A stretch of 62,942 nucleotides of DNA, the filler included, from Nemertoderma westbladi (Eukaryota > Animalia > Xenacoelomorpha): NCBI GenBank assembly GCA_032718475.1. It is 3 parts of 3 records of this genome, joined end to end, with 100 filler letters (N's around TTAATTAATTAA, not from the genome) between each part and the next. Parts side by side here need not be neighbours in the genome. Positions count along the whole stretch, not along the records: positions 1 to 20,352 come from JAUCBJ010005334.1; positions 20,453 to 45,093 come from JAUCBJ010003415.1; 1 more part is not named here. One strand, given 5' to 3'. Below, one piece after another: positions 12,473 to 25,019 of the stretch. The notes beneath the pieces are model-generated. The model had not been told where the DNA came from. It did no database searches and was given only the letters and a program-made list of their open reading frames with translations. The translations under genes and the position numbers were made by a program. The first letter of the stretch is position 1, and each line of letters opens with the position of its first letter.

Positions 12473-15016
12473 AAGATATCCCACTTTGGGGAGATTTTCA
12501 CAAATGACATAATCAACCCCTTTCAATTAACAGTAGCAAGCGTGTCTGACAAAGCTTCTGGGTCGGAAGTCACTTACAGATTTAGAGACAAGAAAGGTAA
12601 TGTGTTAAGAAGCAGCTTTATTGACCATGTGATTATCTCCAAGGACTTGTACAGCAATATGTTGAATAGTATCATGCTAAATACCAATATCTGTAACCTT
12701 TCCGACCATACCCCAGTACAATGTCTCTTTAAGTTTGAGAAGAAGGTGCAGCATAGAAATCAGATACAGAAGTCCCCCTTCAATATGACAATTCCTCATT
12801 TCAATAGGGCTACACAAGACCAGTTATATAAATATAGAGAGGAAATAACTAAAAGCTTGTCAAATATAACATTTAGACCTGAGCGGATATGGTCATCAGA
12901 TCCGAAAGATTGCGAAACCACTTTGGCTGATCTCACTGCTAAACTACTACAGGCAGCCAAAAAACATATACCCATGACATTCATCAGACCATCCAAAAGA
13001 GGGAAAAGAAGGAGGAAGATCAGACAGGTGGCAAAAGGCAGACTAGGACAACTAAAGGAGGCTGCTGAAAAAGCCAAAGAAACATGGTGTAGCAATGGCC
13101 GATTAACTGACTGTACAGACAAACTCTATATTCAATATAAGGTCTCATGGCTGGCATATAGTGAAGAAGTTGCTAAAGTTGAGCGTATTAGCTACCAAGA
13201 ACACATTCGTGATCTCATAAAGTCATGTAGAGAAAATGATCATAAATTCTGGAGACTTACCAAAGAAAACAGGAATTCCACAGATATCACAGAAGAGGTA
13301 GCTGATCGGCTATTTTCGCATTATAAGGACCACTTTCGGGAAGTAAGCACCGGCACTGATAAATTAGAAAAGCGACAAAATACTGCCATTGTTAATAATG
13401 ACCTCAATAGAATCAACGTAGATCAAGTAAAAAGATCAATAAAAGCACTTAACCGAGGAAAGTGCAGCGACTATTTTGGTCTGAGAACTGAACACTTTTA
13501 TTATGGACCTGGGGATGTTATTGCAAGTGAGTTAAGCTTTCTTTTTAACACTATGATAGCAACAGGATCATGCCCTGACGATCTATGTGTTGGTCTTCTG
13601 ATGCCCCTGTATAAAGGGAAGGCACTAGATAAATCTGTTCTCAAAAACTATCGTGCAGTGACAATTATTCCGACGGTAGCAAAACTATGGGAGCACATAA
13701 TCCTACCATATTTGAATCTTGCATCTACTGATTATCAGCTGGGTTACAAATCTAAATGCGGCACAGAAATGACATATATAACAGTGAACAGTCTGATCGA
13801 CTATTTTCACAAGGGGCAGTCAGATATGCATATCCTGTCAATTGATCTGAGCTCAGCGTTTGATTGCATCAATCATAAGAAGTTGTTTTCGATGTTACAT
13901 GATCAAAATGTGGAACTGAACTTATTACATTCATTAGAATCCTACTATAGTAAAGGCAACGCTGTTTTATGTTGCAGTGGATATACTTATGTAGAGCGAA
14001 TCTTGCTGGAGAAGGGTGTTCGTCAGGGAGGAGTACTATCCCCTTATTTATTTAACTTCTACCTGGCCAAACTATTCCTAGAAATAGAACTAAGAGGTTA
14101 TGGTATACATGTAGGTAAGCAATCATTTGGTGGGATCTGTTATGGCGATGATATTATTCTGCTGGCCAATTTGAAGTCAGATCTTGAGGCCTTAACTGCA
14201 TTGAGTTGCAATTATTTCAATAGCCACAACTTGGTGATAAATTGGAAGAAATGTCATTACATGACTCGCAACATTTCAAATGTGGAGTCAAATAGTCTGC
14301 TGGAAATAAAGGAAGAAGGAGTAACTCTTACCTCTGAACTAACATGTAGTTACCTAGGACTACCTTTACCACCCACTAAAGGAAATCTTATTAAACACTT
14401 CAATAGTCGAATCTGGACCAATGTTAGCCGAATGGAAAAACGAGGATTTTGTGTGAACAGCGTTCCCTTGGATATAACTGGCAATATTTGGAATGTCATT
14501 TGCCTGCAATCGATTCTCTATGGCAACGCAATGCTGTCGGAGGACGAGGGTAAAATAATATCATGCAGCTTAATGAAAGCCTTAAGACAGATTACTAGAG
14601 TGGGAAACTATGTCTCGAAGGTAACACTATGCAAGTTATTCAATATCTCATCAATTAAGACAATTCTACAATGCTCAAAACTCAGATTAATTTACAGCAT
14701 ATTTAATTGCGGCAATCCAAAAATATTATATCTTTTTAATTATGTGCTTGGACAACACCTTACAGGTCAAACATCCGTGAAGCTGTTCACAGAATATCAA
14801 AAGGCTGCTTGGGAGTTAAACTTTCCTTCACTTAGCAGCATTAGTGTCCATCAATATGGTATTAAAAGCATGACAAGAGAGCACCTGAGAAATTTTGACC
14901 ATATCTCACTAAGGCGGATGTTTAAATATCTATTTATTAGATCCGTGCTGAACTGCAATAGAGGGTCCTTTGATGCAAAGCGAGAGGTTGTGCTAGATTT
15001 TTACAATGTTCAGTAA
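12473..15016 (+). CDS. LINE ORF2 (C-terminal part of APE endonuclease plus reverse transcriptase), N-terminally truncated
   Basis: Frame is open from the insertion junction. Motifs: IDHVIIS..LSDHTPV (APE end), NYRAVT, IDLSSAFDCINH, KGVRQGGVLSPYLFN, YGDD, SYLG. No internal stops. Confidence 0.9.
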   Translation, partial: KISHFGEIFTNDIINPFQLTVASVSDKASGSEVTYRFRDKKGNVLRSSFIDHVIISKDLYSNMLNSIMLNTNICNLSDHTPVQCLFKFEKKVQHRNQIQKSPFNMTIPHFNRATQDQLYKYREEITKSLSNITFRPERIWSSDPKDCETTLADLTAKLLQAAKKHIPMTFIRPSKRGKRRRKIRQVAKGRLGQLKEAAEKAKETWCSNGRLTDCTDKLYIQYKVSWLAYSEEVAKVERISYQEHIRDLIKSCRENDHKFWRLTKENRNSTDITEEVADRLFSHYKDHFREVSTGTDKLEKRQNTAIVNNDLNRINVDQVKRSIKALNRGKCSDYFGLRTEHFYYGPGDVIASELSFLFNTMIATGSCPDDLCVGLLMPLYKGKALDKSVLKNYRAVTIIPTVAKLWEHIILPYLNLASTDYQLGYKSKCGTEMTYITVNSLIDYFHKGQSDMHILSIDLSSAFDCINHKKLFSMLHDQNVELNLLHSLESYYSKGNAVLCCSGYTYVERILLEKGVRQGGVLSPYLFNFYLAKLFLEIELRGYGIHVGKQSFGGICYGDDIILLANLKSDLEALTALSCNYFNSHNLVINWKKCHYMTRNISNVESNSLLEIKEEGVTLTSELTCSYLGLPLPPTKGNLIKHFNSRIWTNVSRMEKRGFCVNSVPLDITGNIWNVICLQSILYGNAMLSEDEGKIISCSLMKALRQITRVGNYVSKVTLCKLFNISSIKTILQCSKLRLIYSIFNCGNPKILYLFNYVLGQHLTGQTSVKLFTEYQKAAWELNFPSLSSISVHQYGIKSMTREHLRNFDHISLRRMFKYLFIRSVLNCNRGSFDAKREVVLDFYNVQ

Positions 15017-15048
15017 AGGTGTCATATTTTGTGTATAACACTTAGAAA

Positions 15049-15630
15049 GGTCGGACCATTTTACACCCGATCACTTTAAACTCCCGACCATTTTATACGC
15101 CCGACCATTTGATGTTAATAGGTGTATTATTCATCGCGTTAATGTAGCTCTATCATCTTATATAAGGTGCTTTTATTATGTATCTCGATTATTGATATGT
15201 ATCCCGGTGTACTATGTACTATCAGAACCGACCATTTATATGCCCAATCATTTTATGTCAACATGCGTACTATTTATCGTGTCAATGCTGCTCTATCATC
15301 TTATATATAAGGCGCTTATATTGTGTATCTCGGTTATTGATATGTATCTCGGTGTATTATGTACTATCAGATCTGACCATCCTTCGCCCGACCATTTTAT
15401 ATGCCCGTCCATTTTATGTCAACATGTGTACTGTTCATCGTGTTAACGCTGCTTTATCATCTTATACAAGGCGCTTATATTATGTATCTCGATTATTGAT
15501 ATGTATCTCGGTGTAGTATGTACTATCAAATCTGACCATCCTTTGTCCGACCATTTTATATGCCCGACCATTTTATATGCCCGACCATTTTATATGCCCG
15601 ACCATTTTATATGCCCGACCATTTTATGTA
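15049..15630 (+). repeat. Tandem ~140-160-bp units (about 3) plus short GCCCGACCATTTTATAT repeats within the LINE 3' UTR
   Basis: TATCATCTTATA..GGCGCTTATATT..GTATCTCG.TTATTGATATGTATC recurs at ~15151, 15294 and 15455. CCCGACCATTTTATAT recurs in tandem at 15547-15627. Confidence 0.75.
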
Positions 15631-16379
15631 AACATAATGGTATTATGTATCTTGGTTAGTGTTATGCTTATTGGCAGTTTGTACTATCGTTTGCCACATA
15701 TAAATTCTATTAATCTATCAATAAAGCCGCCGGGGCCTAAACCGGATGTTGAATTGAATTGAATTGAATGCCGTAGGAGAACTAAAAGTTGTCCATCACC
15801 AAAATTGAGAATAATCATCACTTGCGCCAAAGAGTAGGTTCTGCCCATGTGCCTGTGGCACTAGTTCCCTCGATCCAAAAATCAAAATTTTGGTTTCTAA
15901 CTAAGTTTGGACCCATTTGATGACATTTGATGCATGCAGGAAGTTCTTTTTTGAGTCATTGATCTTTCATCAATGTGTTATATTGTTATAAATTTCATTA
16001 TGGTGCATCGCGATGGCACAAAATTTCAACCCTCTTGGGATCCGTGAAGATATAGACGAAATTGAAAGAATTTTTTTTTGCCTTATTTTTTCACCATTTG
16101 GCAACTTTTGTGCACCGGTAGAACAATGAAATCGAAAAAAAGTAAAAAACGCACCGCCCTAATGTTTACTTGATTGAACATTTTACCTTTTTCCATTTCA
16201 TTAAAATACAAGATGTTTAAACAATTCATAATTGCCTTCCAATTTTCAAGATTTTGCAAGCTAATAGAAAAATTAATGTTTTGAGAAAATTGTTAAAGCT
16301 TTTAAAAATGTATCGGTGTGCTTTTTGAATCAGAAATATAGCAAGCGTTAGGTTCCATTGGGTGTAATGTATCTATAAC

Positions 16380-16680
16380 CGGCATGCTGCATAGCAGCTG
16401 CATACCAGCTGCATACGCTGGCTTATTTATGCAACGCTGGCTTATCTGCGAAATTACGCCGCCTCAACGCCCTATCATCACGCATGACTTTCGTGAGATT
16501 GTCCGCATCTTCAAGGTCATAGGCTTTAAGAGGCGTCAAAGTCAACTTATTCTCTCGTCAGAAGTCGCCACCCCACTTAGTCTCTCATCCATAAAAATGC
16601 CGCCATAGCAGGGTTCGTACACTGACTGGTCTTCATGGCGAAAGCAATGTCCAGCAAATGACCAGCGGAGTCGGCTGAGT
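16380..16680 (-). mobile_element. RTE-clade LINE 3' fragment
   Basis: RLRWSFAGHCFRHEDQSV motif. Reverse-complement similarity to 25026-25280 (CTTGAAGATGCGGA.., GCAGCTGC.ATGCAGCATGCC). Confidence 0.75.
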
Positions 16681-17792
16681 TTAAATATTAAGTAAAATAT
16701 TAATTGGGGACTAATGATGAATCCCATTGGTGGGTGCTGTTGAAAATGTGTTTATTCCACTTGGTCCACTTGCTCCTTACCACAATTCTTTCCGAGCTAT
16801 TCACCAGATCCACCACCTCTTCCCCAGTGTACAATTATTGTACTAATTCATAATTCTTTCCTAGAATTCCCTTACATGGGTGGTTCTTTCCTTTGCTCTC
16901 TAAGTGTTTACATCTCAAAAATAAAGTATAAACCTTCGTTTTCAAGAAATCTTTTCATTTTTTATTCAATCCAAATCGTCATTACGTGGTTGTCGTAAAC
17001 CCTTTTGCTTATTGCTCGCTTTCCCAAACCTTTTATATATGAACTCAAGAGGACTAACCTGCGTGTTCAGCCTACTTCCTTGTTCTAATTCACTTTCTAA
17101 TTCAGTGGATTTTATTTACTCTTTGATGTAATTTTTTGTATGTCATCTCATGTCGATGTTGATATCATGTGCAACTGATCTTACATCACTCTTGTATTCA
17201 CTTTGCCCCACCTACACTGGTTCCTACTCACATGGGATGGTGTAGACAGTCCCCGAGGGTACTAACCTACTTGAACGCCTTTATTATGATCCAGGGATAA
17301 GTTGAATAGTTGCGCGCCGGCAGGGCCAGCGTTTTGTTGATACAGTAGGTAAGGGGGAGGGTTTTGGCTAGTTCGATTTGAGGTTCAATCACCTACAGTC
17401 AAAAATGGCCATATACACTCACATACATCCGTAAACGATAACACAAACACTCATCATAAATAATTTACTAATAACTCCGGAAATATTAAAATAATATGGC
17501 ACACCATAATTCCGCAATAAACCGACGAAACCAAACAAATATACCAAAAAAGTTACTCATCCCATCACAAATTTGCAAGACAGAACTAAATCAACCGCGA
17601 GATATTGCCACTGCATTTAGTTCTCATTAAGGCGCTATTGTCCCGACGACGCGAGGAAAGGCCATTCCGATATCTAACCGTTCCCCAATAAGATACATAT
17701 ATAAATCGAAGTTATGGTGATCCCAGGAGGATATCGTAATTTAGAACAGAAAAGAACAAGTAGTGCGATTTGAAAAAACATAATTATTTAGA

Positions 17793-17828
17793 TCCGGAAC
17801 GTTTCGTATATATACATCTTCAGCCAAA
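17793..17828 (-). ncRNA. Minimal type I hammerhead ribozyme motif of Penelope-element type
   Basis: Minus strand reads TTTGG-CTGAAGA-T-GTATATATAC-GAAA-CGTT-CCGGA: CUGAnGA and GAAA core, palindromic stem II, ACGT palindrome at stem III, and a 5-bp stem I (TTTGG/CCGGA, two G.U pairs). Confidence 0.5.
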
Positions 17829-19431
17829 AAACAACTAGGTACAAATTAATTATTAGAATTATTACAGAAAATAACCTAAATTGATAGATCTGCTATACAA
17901 AAGAGAAGTAACAAAATTCATGCGTTCGATACATCATGGCAACAAACCAGTTGCATTAAATTGTTTATTTCAAAAATCCTCGCAAAAACACGAGCATTAC
18001 TTATTACCAAAATATTAAATTACAAAAATCTCGAAGAAGTTTTATAAAGTACCTAAACAATCACCTCTTCTCACTTCTCGATCGTATTTATAACTCCTAA
18101 AACTAGTCTTTTCAAGAAATTACTTTTATTTTAATTAATTTTATTTTATTTAAATTATTTTTTCCCCAAAATTACGTCTTTTTTTATCCAGATTTTATAT
18201 AATTTCGTTAGATAAATGCAGTTTATTAGACCTATTACTTTATATGAATTGCAATTTACGACATAAACCTAATATGACCTGGGTCTGAACCTTGTTTCGA
18301 ATATTACGCATAATTTCGAATCTCGCATAATTTTATAACTACTGTAGATGTTAATAACTAGACTTTGTGAACATCCATGTGGCAGTGAAAGGAGCCATTA
18401 GAGTGGCATTATCCTCATTTGGGTTCGTCGTCGCCCTTCATGTCTCTGAGTGGTAAATCCATCCCTAACTCCCTATCTCCCCCACCCCCTCCCCCCCCAC
18501 CCCACCTCCCCCCCCACCCCACCTCCCCCCCTCCCGCCACCCTTCCCTCTACCCCCTCTCTCTATCGTAAATATACAATTATCGTTAAGCGGATGCCGTA
18601 TTAAGGGTGGGGGTGGGTAACCACCCTCCATTTTTGTAAATTGCTATAATTTCTGCTTGTGGGGAGTTTTGTATGTTTTATACCTTTCGGGGGATTAACA
18701 TATGGCCGAAGATTGGGTTGAAATAAAAAATTCTTAAATTTGTGTCGCCCTCTAGCGGCCACCAGCGAAATTGTTAATTTTACTAAAAATTCTAATAGTG
18801 TCACAATATTGGGAGAAAATTTTTGAGACTTGGTTATTCTGAAACAGCATCCTAGGCTCCTCAAAACTAATCAGTTACATTTTTTGTTTAGGTCTTAAAG
18901 TTTTTAAATATTATTATCTAATATTTATTTTTATTTAATATAGGGCCTACAGTATATTAACTAATTTCATGAAATTAGTATGGCACAATTCAAAATTCTA
19001 ACCCATAACTTTTCATCCAAATCCGAAAACAAATAAAACAAAAAAAATTTCGAAAATTGGTTAACAAATGTCCGAGTAGTAGTATTTTAAATGGGAAAAA
19101 TACAATTCCGAAATAAATGCATTTAAAGTTTAGGAATAATATATTGCAAATGTCCCGCTATTTCCATGTGGTATTCCAAATGGTATATCCTATTCTTTTC
19201 CCAGTGTTAATCCCCTTCCCATTTTTTGTTCCAATAAACCCCTATGAAATTTTAAATAGCTGTTAAAATTTTTCATTGCTTGCCCAAAAACCCTTCGCGC
19301 AGCACGTTAACATTTGATAGTATACTATTTCGTCATTTCTTAATAAATTGTCATGGAATAATGAATGACACAACATTCAACAAAAAAATATTTAAAAATT
19401 TCCACTTATTTGTCTACTAAGCCTTTACACA

Positions 19432-19594
19432 CAGCACATCAAGCTTTACACAGCACATCAAGCTTTCCGCAGCACATCAAGCTTTCCGCAGCACATCAAG
19501 CTTTCCGCAGCACATCAAGCTTTCCGCAGCACATCAACCTTTCCGCAGCACATCAAGCTTTCCGCAGCACATCAAGCTTTCCGCAGCACGTTAA
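19432..19594 (+). repeat. 19-bp minisatellite, ~8 copies (CAGCACATCAAGCTTTCCG)
   Basis: Direct tandem repeats visible in the sequence. Confidence 0.9.
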
Positions 19595-20352
19595 ACCATC
19601 ACGCAGCCTCATGACAGACATATAGATGGAAAGCCAGCTATTACTCGAGAAGTAAAATAGATCTTGCTAAGCCGTTCCCAAATTTGAAATCCTCATTAAT
19701 TTCTGCTCTATATGAACTAAATAAATAAAAATCAAAAATTTTGTAACCCTCCCCCCCACCCCCATATAAATGGACTTTAGTTAATAATCTCAATACCGGT
19801 AGGGCCCACACTTGCCAAACATTATCTTCCACCATTCTACTGTAGATCGATATGAAGCCATATATTATTCCTTGCGAACAAAGTATTGTAGGACAACGGA
19901 GAGATGATGATGATGACCAGGGGTGAGTCGAATTAAATTGCAAAATCCTGAAGTATCATTCATGAGATCGTTATAGTTCGCACCACCGATTTAAAATGAG
20001 GTTTTCGGACGCATTTGTCACTTTTATGCCTCTCACACAGACAGGGAGCACTCTCACTAATTACAGGAAATGAATAAGACAACCTTTCTTAGTTTGTAGG
20101 GCCTAATTATTAAGGACCATGGGAATTAGATAGAACTTCTTAGGAGCTTCATTATACAGTATCTGAGTAATGCCGAATGTCACGTCCAACTCATCTAACG
20201 TGTCGCTCATCTAATTTGGTTTTTGATTGTATTTTAAAAGTTCATTTTGGTTGGATTCCATCCCACCATATTTTGTAGGAGTGCTCAACCAATTAATTAG
20301 CTGGTTTTGCATTTTCCTGTGATTGTATGTCCATTGTCACGCCAATCTCATG

Positions 20353-20452
20353 NNNNNNNNNNNNNNNNNNNNNNNNNNNNNNNNNNNNNNNNNNNNTTAA
20401 TTAATTAANNNNNNNNNNNNNNNNNNNNNNNNNNNNNNNNNNNNNNNNNNNN
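20353..20452. other. Artificial contig linker N44-TTAATTAATTAA-N44
   Basis: Exactly 100 bp. The 12-mer gives stops in all six frames. Identical to the linker at 45094-45193. Confidence 0.97.
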
Positions 20453-20742
20453 TAATATGTGAGTCTAATTGTAGAGATACTTTTTTCGAATTGGAGAGAT
20501 AAGAAGTATCAAGCCAACGACCTACCAAGATATTTTTTTAAGCAACTTTATTTTCCTACGGTATAATTCAAGTGTAGCTAACCATACTCCTGTATGTATA
20601 TGCAGACCGTTGTAACAATAGCAACAGTTTTCGTGCTTTACGTAGACTCAAGGACTACTAGTCAGTTTAATATTGTTTATATTATATATATTACTTATAT
20701 TTGTTTGTGCGTAACTCCCCCCCCCCCCCCCCCCCCCCCCCC

Positions 20743-23700
20743 ATGCCCCGAGACCTAAACACAACCGTAACCGCCTGTCATTTCTGTTTTTCTACTGTTT
20801 TTGATAACAAACGTTTTACATGTTCTGCTTGTAAGCTGCACTATCATTATCAATGTGGCACTTGCTTGACCGCTGCTGAGCTTGATACTCTATTAAAATC
20901 ATCTCACTACCATGGAATATTTTGTATATCGTGCTTCTTAGATATTTTTCCCTTCGTATCAGTCACGCAAGACGACCTTGACATATTTAACTCTTCTGAA
21001 GATGAAACTTATAATATAGATGAAAATTTTTCTGTTGGTGAAGTCTTTCGTGACTTAGACCCGGATATTAATTTAATTGATAACACTTTATTAGGGGGTT
21101 ATTACTCGGAACCAAAATTCGACAATGAATTTCTTACGCCAAATTTTAAGAATCCCTTAGCAGTCTTCCATTTAAATTGCCGAAGCCTAGTAAAAAACTT
21201 TTCATCTATATTAGGGTACCTAGAATCCATCGAAAAAAAGTTTGAAATTTTGACTTTTACGGAATCATTTATTTCCGATGAAGTTTCATTAGAACCTCTG
21301 AGAATTGACGGCTACGAAGGTCCGATTACAGATAATAGGAAATATGGTAAAAAATTAAAGAGAGGTGGTACTGCAATTTATATTTCCGATAAACTTAATT
21401 GTATACAAAGAGATGATTTGAAAATCAATGGTTTGGAATCTGTTTGGCTTGAAATTGAGAGACCAAAAAATAAAAAAAAACTAATTGTGGGAACAATCTA
21501 TAGGCCTGAATCTTATCCAACTGCTGAGTTCATTTCGGTTTTGGGGACGCAACTGGAAATACTTTCAAATAAAAATTATGATACAATTATAACCGGAGAT
21601 TTTAACATAGATCTAATTAGAACATCTTCCAAATCAGCTGATTATTTAAATACCATAACGTCTCATGGTTTCTCACAAATAATTGATGTACCTACTAGGG
21701 TAACCGAATTCTCAAAATCGATCATAGATCATATTTTTCATAATATTACTGATGCCGTCTGTAATTCAGGTGTTTTCCTTTCAAAAATTGGTTCCGGGGA
21801 CCATTTCCCAACTTTCATACTATTTTCTGAATTTAGTACTTATTTCCGTGAGCCTGAAGTTAAATACGTTTTTGACTACTCAAAATTTAACGCCGATGAA
21901 TTTTTAGGCGAGATTAATGAAAATAAATCTTGGTCATACTGGGATGCAGAAGACAAGGACAAATTTAAAAATTTCTATAATAAATTTGAAAACATATGTG
22001 AAAATCATCTGCCAAAAAAAATTCAGACAAAGAAATACACCTCGCGTCGTCCGTGGATAACTCATTCTTTAATAAAATGTTCTATAAAAAAAAATAAGCT
22101 GTATGCTCGGTATATCTCAAAACCCACGGATGAGAATCTAAATAAATATAAAACATACAGAAACATATGCACAAAATTATACAGGGAAGCTGAAAAAAAT
22201 TTCTATGTCAATCAGTTTGAAGAAAATAAATCGAACATGAGGAAAACATGGCAGACTATAAATGGTGCGCTGAGTCGCAATAGGAAGACCAAAATTCCCA
22301 ACAAAATAAAATCAAATTGTATCGCATCGAAACCTATATTTTTAGAAACTGAAAGTGAAATCGCTAAGGAGTTCAATGAGTTTTTTTCAACGATAGGTAA
22401 AAATTTAGCTGACATATATAGTTCCCTCTAATAGGTCCCATACTAGATTTATTCAAAATAAGCACCATCAGTCCTTTCAATTAATCGAGACCTCGCCGGT
22501 TGAGGTCGAATATCTTATGTTACAACTCAATGACTCATCTGCAATTAATGATACGTTCCCAATTAAATTAATAAAACTTGCGGCGAAGCCCCTCTCGATA
22601 CACTTAAATTACCTCTTCAACTTGAGTATATCTAGAGGCTTTTTTCCTGACATTCTAAAATGTGCTAAAGTTTTCCCCATATATAAAGGAGGTGACCCCA
22701 TGGATACATCTAATTATCGCCCAATCAGCGTCCTTCCCGTATTCAGTAAAATACTAGAGAAAATTATGAATTCTCAACTGCAGTCATACCTAGATAATTT
22801 TTTAATTTTTAACAAAAATCAATTTGGTTTTCGTAAAAAAATTACTACCAGCCACGCGATATTAAATATTGTTGAAAGAATACGCGAAGCACTGGACGAT
22901 AATTATAATGCGTGTGTAGTGTTCCTAGACCTTAAGAAGGCTTTTGACTGTCTGGACCACGAAATTTTAATAAATAAAATGAGCGGATACGGAATTAGAG
23001 GGATACCGCTAAATTTTTTCAGAGATTATCTCCAAAATAGAGTGCAGTCAGTCTCATTGGGGAATACGTTATCTGATCCCTGTCCTATTGTCTGTGGGGT
23101 CCCCCAGGGCAGTATTTTGGGTCCGGTTTTGTTTTTAATTTATATAAATGACCTCCCTAATGCGACTAACTTATATACAACATTATTTGCAGATGACACT
23201 AGCCTCTTAAAATTTTCTAAAGATGCTGGTAGTATTTTTGTAAATGGTTTTAACCTTGAACTCGATAAAATTTCAAAATGGCTACAAGATAATAAGCTAT
23301 CAATCAACCTAAAAAAAACAGAATATACAATTTACACAAATAGAACAAATCTAGGCCCCGTGCCACATGTAAAATTTAAAGACAACATACTAAAAGAAGT
23401 GAAACCTGTCAAATACCTGGGACTAAATATCGATAATAAATTAAAATGGGACACACATATTTCCTTTCTTCTAAAAAAATTGTCTAGGGTATCTGGTATA
23501 TTTTATAAATTACGATATATTTTCCCCCTAAATATCCTTCGTACCTTGTATTTCGCTCTTATCCATCCTTATTTAACCTACGCTATCTCAATTTGGGGAA
23601 GCTGTAACGCTACATGGATGAAAAAGGTCAGAGTTAAAATAAATAAAGTTCTTAGGGCGATAACTTTTAGTCATTCCCGTAGTTCATCTGCACCTATGTA

Positions 23701-24037
23701 TAAGCGACTCAATATACTTCCTGTTGAATAAATCTACAAACTAGAAATATGTAAACTTATGTACAATGTTTTTTATGTAGATAAAAATAAATATTTATCA
23801 GAAGTTGGTATCTTTTCAACGTATTTTAAAAAAGTAAGCTCAATCCACTCACACAACACCCGTGGCTCTAATGCCGGGTGTTTCTTTATTCCATCAACGA
23901 GACTACTCATAGCGCAGAATTCCCTCAAATATAAGGGTCCCGTTTTATGTAATAAGTTGCCCCAAAACATTAGAGAAGTCAATAATAAAATCATATTCTC
24001 AAAGTATCTGAAAAAGTACCTCCTGGGGGCCCTATAA
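20743..24037 (+). pseudogene. CR1/L2-group (Crack/Daphne-like) LINE ORF2: PHD finger, APE endonuclease, RT; one frameshift and one in-frame stop
   Basis: CHFC..CSACKLHYHYQC..FCISC (PHD). HLNCRSL, FTES, RGGTAIY, IYRP, GDFNID, PTRVT..IIDH, DHFP (APE). NYRPISVLP, DLKKAFD, GVPQGSILGP, FADD, KYLG (RT). HSHNTR C-terminus. Frameshift near 22430 and TAA at 23729-23731 (LPVE*IYKLEI). First ATG at 20743. Confidence 0.9.
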
Positions 24038-24049
24038 ATTAAGTACCAA

Positions 24050-24545
24050 GTGGTTCCTACCCATGCGCGGGGTCACGCTTTCCATCCATTTTGGTTCTTT
24101 TTATTTTCGGTAAATATGGAATATTCATTACCGAATACGCTGTCCCACCCCTCTTTACTTTATCCTATTTCCGGAAATATAATTTTCCGGAAATATTAAT
24201 TGCAGAGCTACTTGAACCTACACGGGCGCGGGGTCACACTTTCCATCTCTTTATAGTTCTTTTTTATATTTTAATTTTTTTTATTTTCCGGAAATTTAAA
24301 TTACCAAACACGCTGTGCCGCACCACTATATTTTATCATATTTTCCGGAAATATAAATTGCAGAGCCACTTGGACCTACCCGGGCGCGGGGTCACGCTTT
24401 CCAACTCTTTTTAGTTCTTTTTTAATTTTTCCTGAAATATAAATTTCCGAACACGGTGTCCCAACCCACTTTTTCTTATCTTATTTCCCGGGAATATAAA
24501 TTGCAAGGCAACCTGGACCTTCCCGGGCGCGGGGTCACGCAGTAC
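24050..24545 (+). repeat. ~140-160-bp tandem units (3-4) in the LINE 3' UTR
   Basis: GCGCGGGGTCAC recurs at ~24065, 24225, 24384 and 24527, with TTTTCCGGAAATAT sub-motifs. UTR probably ends near AATAAATGAATTG at ~24930-24942. Confidence 0.75.
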
Positions 24546-25019
24546 AAGTGTTAGGTAATAATTAAATAATATAACGCCCTCTGTATAGCGCAGCTTTCAA
24601 TAATTTAAATAATGTTAATGTTCAGTATGTTAATATCCACTAGCTAATATGCTAATGTATTATCAAACCTCAACTTATTAATTTAAATTATACAAAATTT
24701 TAGAAATGGCAGGCTACCAACTTCCCCCCCTTCCCCCAACGTCCCATACCGTCCCATTACTAGTGCAAATGAATAAACATATCTGAAAACTCTAAATTAT
24801 GAGTACACAATCTCCCTCCCCGACCTCCGGTAGTTAGCGTCTACTAGCTTTGCTATTAGCTAGCTTACCGTTTCCCCATTCTTACCTATTCCACCCTAAC
24901 ACTCGATCCCTATTCTCAATATTTTACTGAATAAATGAATTGGTGTTGGGTGTTATTTTGGATAATTTGCTATATTTTAAACAAGGAATTAAATAAATAT
25001 TATTGATTATTGATTAGAA

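Larger units (their letters stand above)
12472..15765 (+). mobile_element. 5'-truncated LINE (RTE-X/Proto2-like) with (TTGAA)n tail
   Basis: Splits the MITE right arm between ...GAGCATAATAT and GAATGCCGTAGGAGAAC. Carries an APE-RT ORF, a 3' UTR and a TTGAATTGAATTGAATT tail. Confidence 0.85.
11457..16161. mobile_element. hAT-like non-autonomous foldback element (~1.4 kb without the insert) with 8-bp TSD, interrupted by a LINE
   Basis: Starts TAGGGCGGTGCGTTTTTTAC and ends GTAAAAAACGCACCGCCCTA. ATGTTTAC lies at 11449-11456 and 16162-16169. Left arm 11457-~11986 is the reverse complement of 12338-12471 plus 15766-16161. Confidence 0.9.

Noticed and set aside
18419-18604. Poly-proline ORF
   Set aside because: Arises from a low-complexity C-rich tract.
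20353-20452. TTAATTAATTAA motif inside N runs as a biological site
   Set aside because: Identical 100-bp construct at both gaps with six-frame stops, so it is an artificial linker. No synteny was inferred across it.
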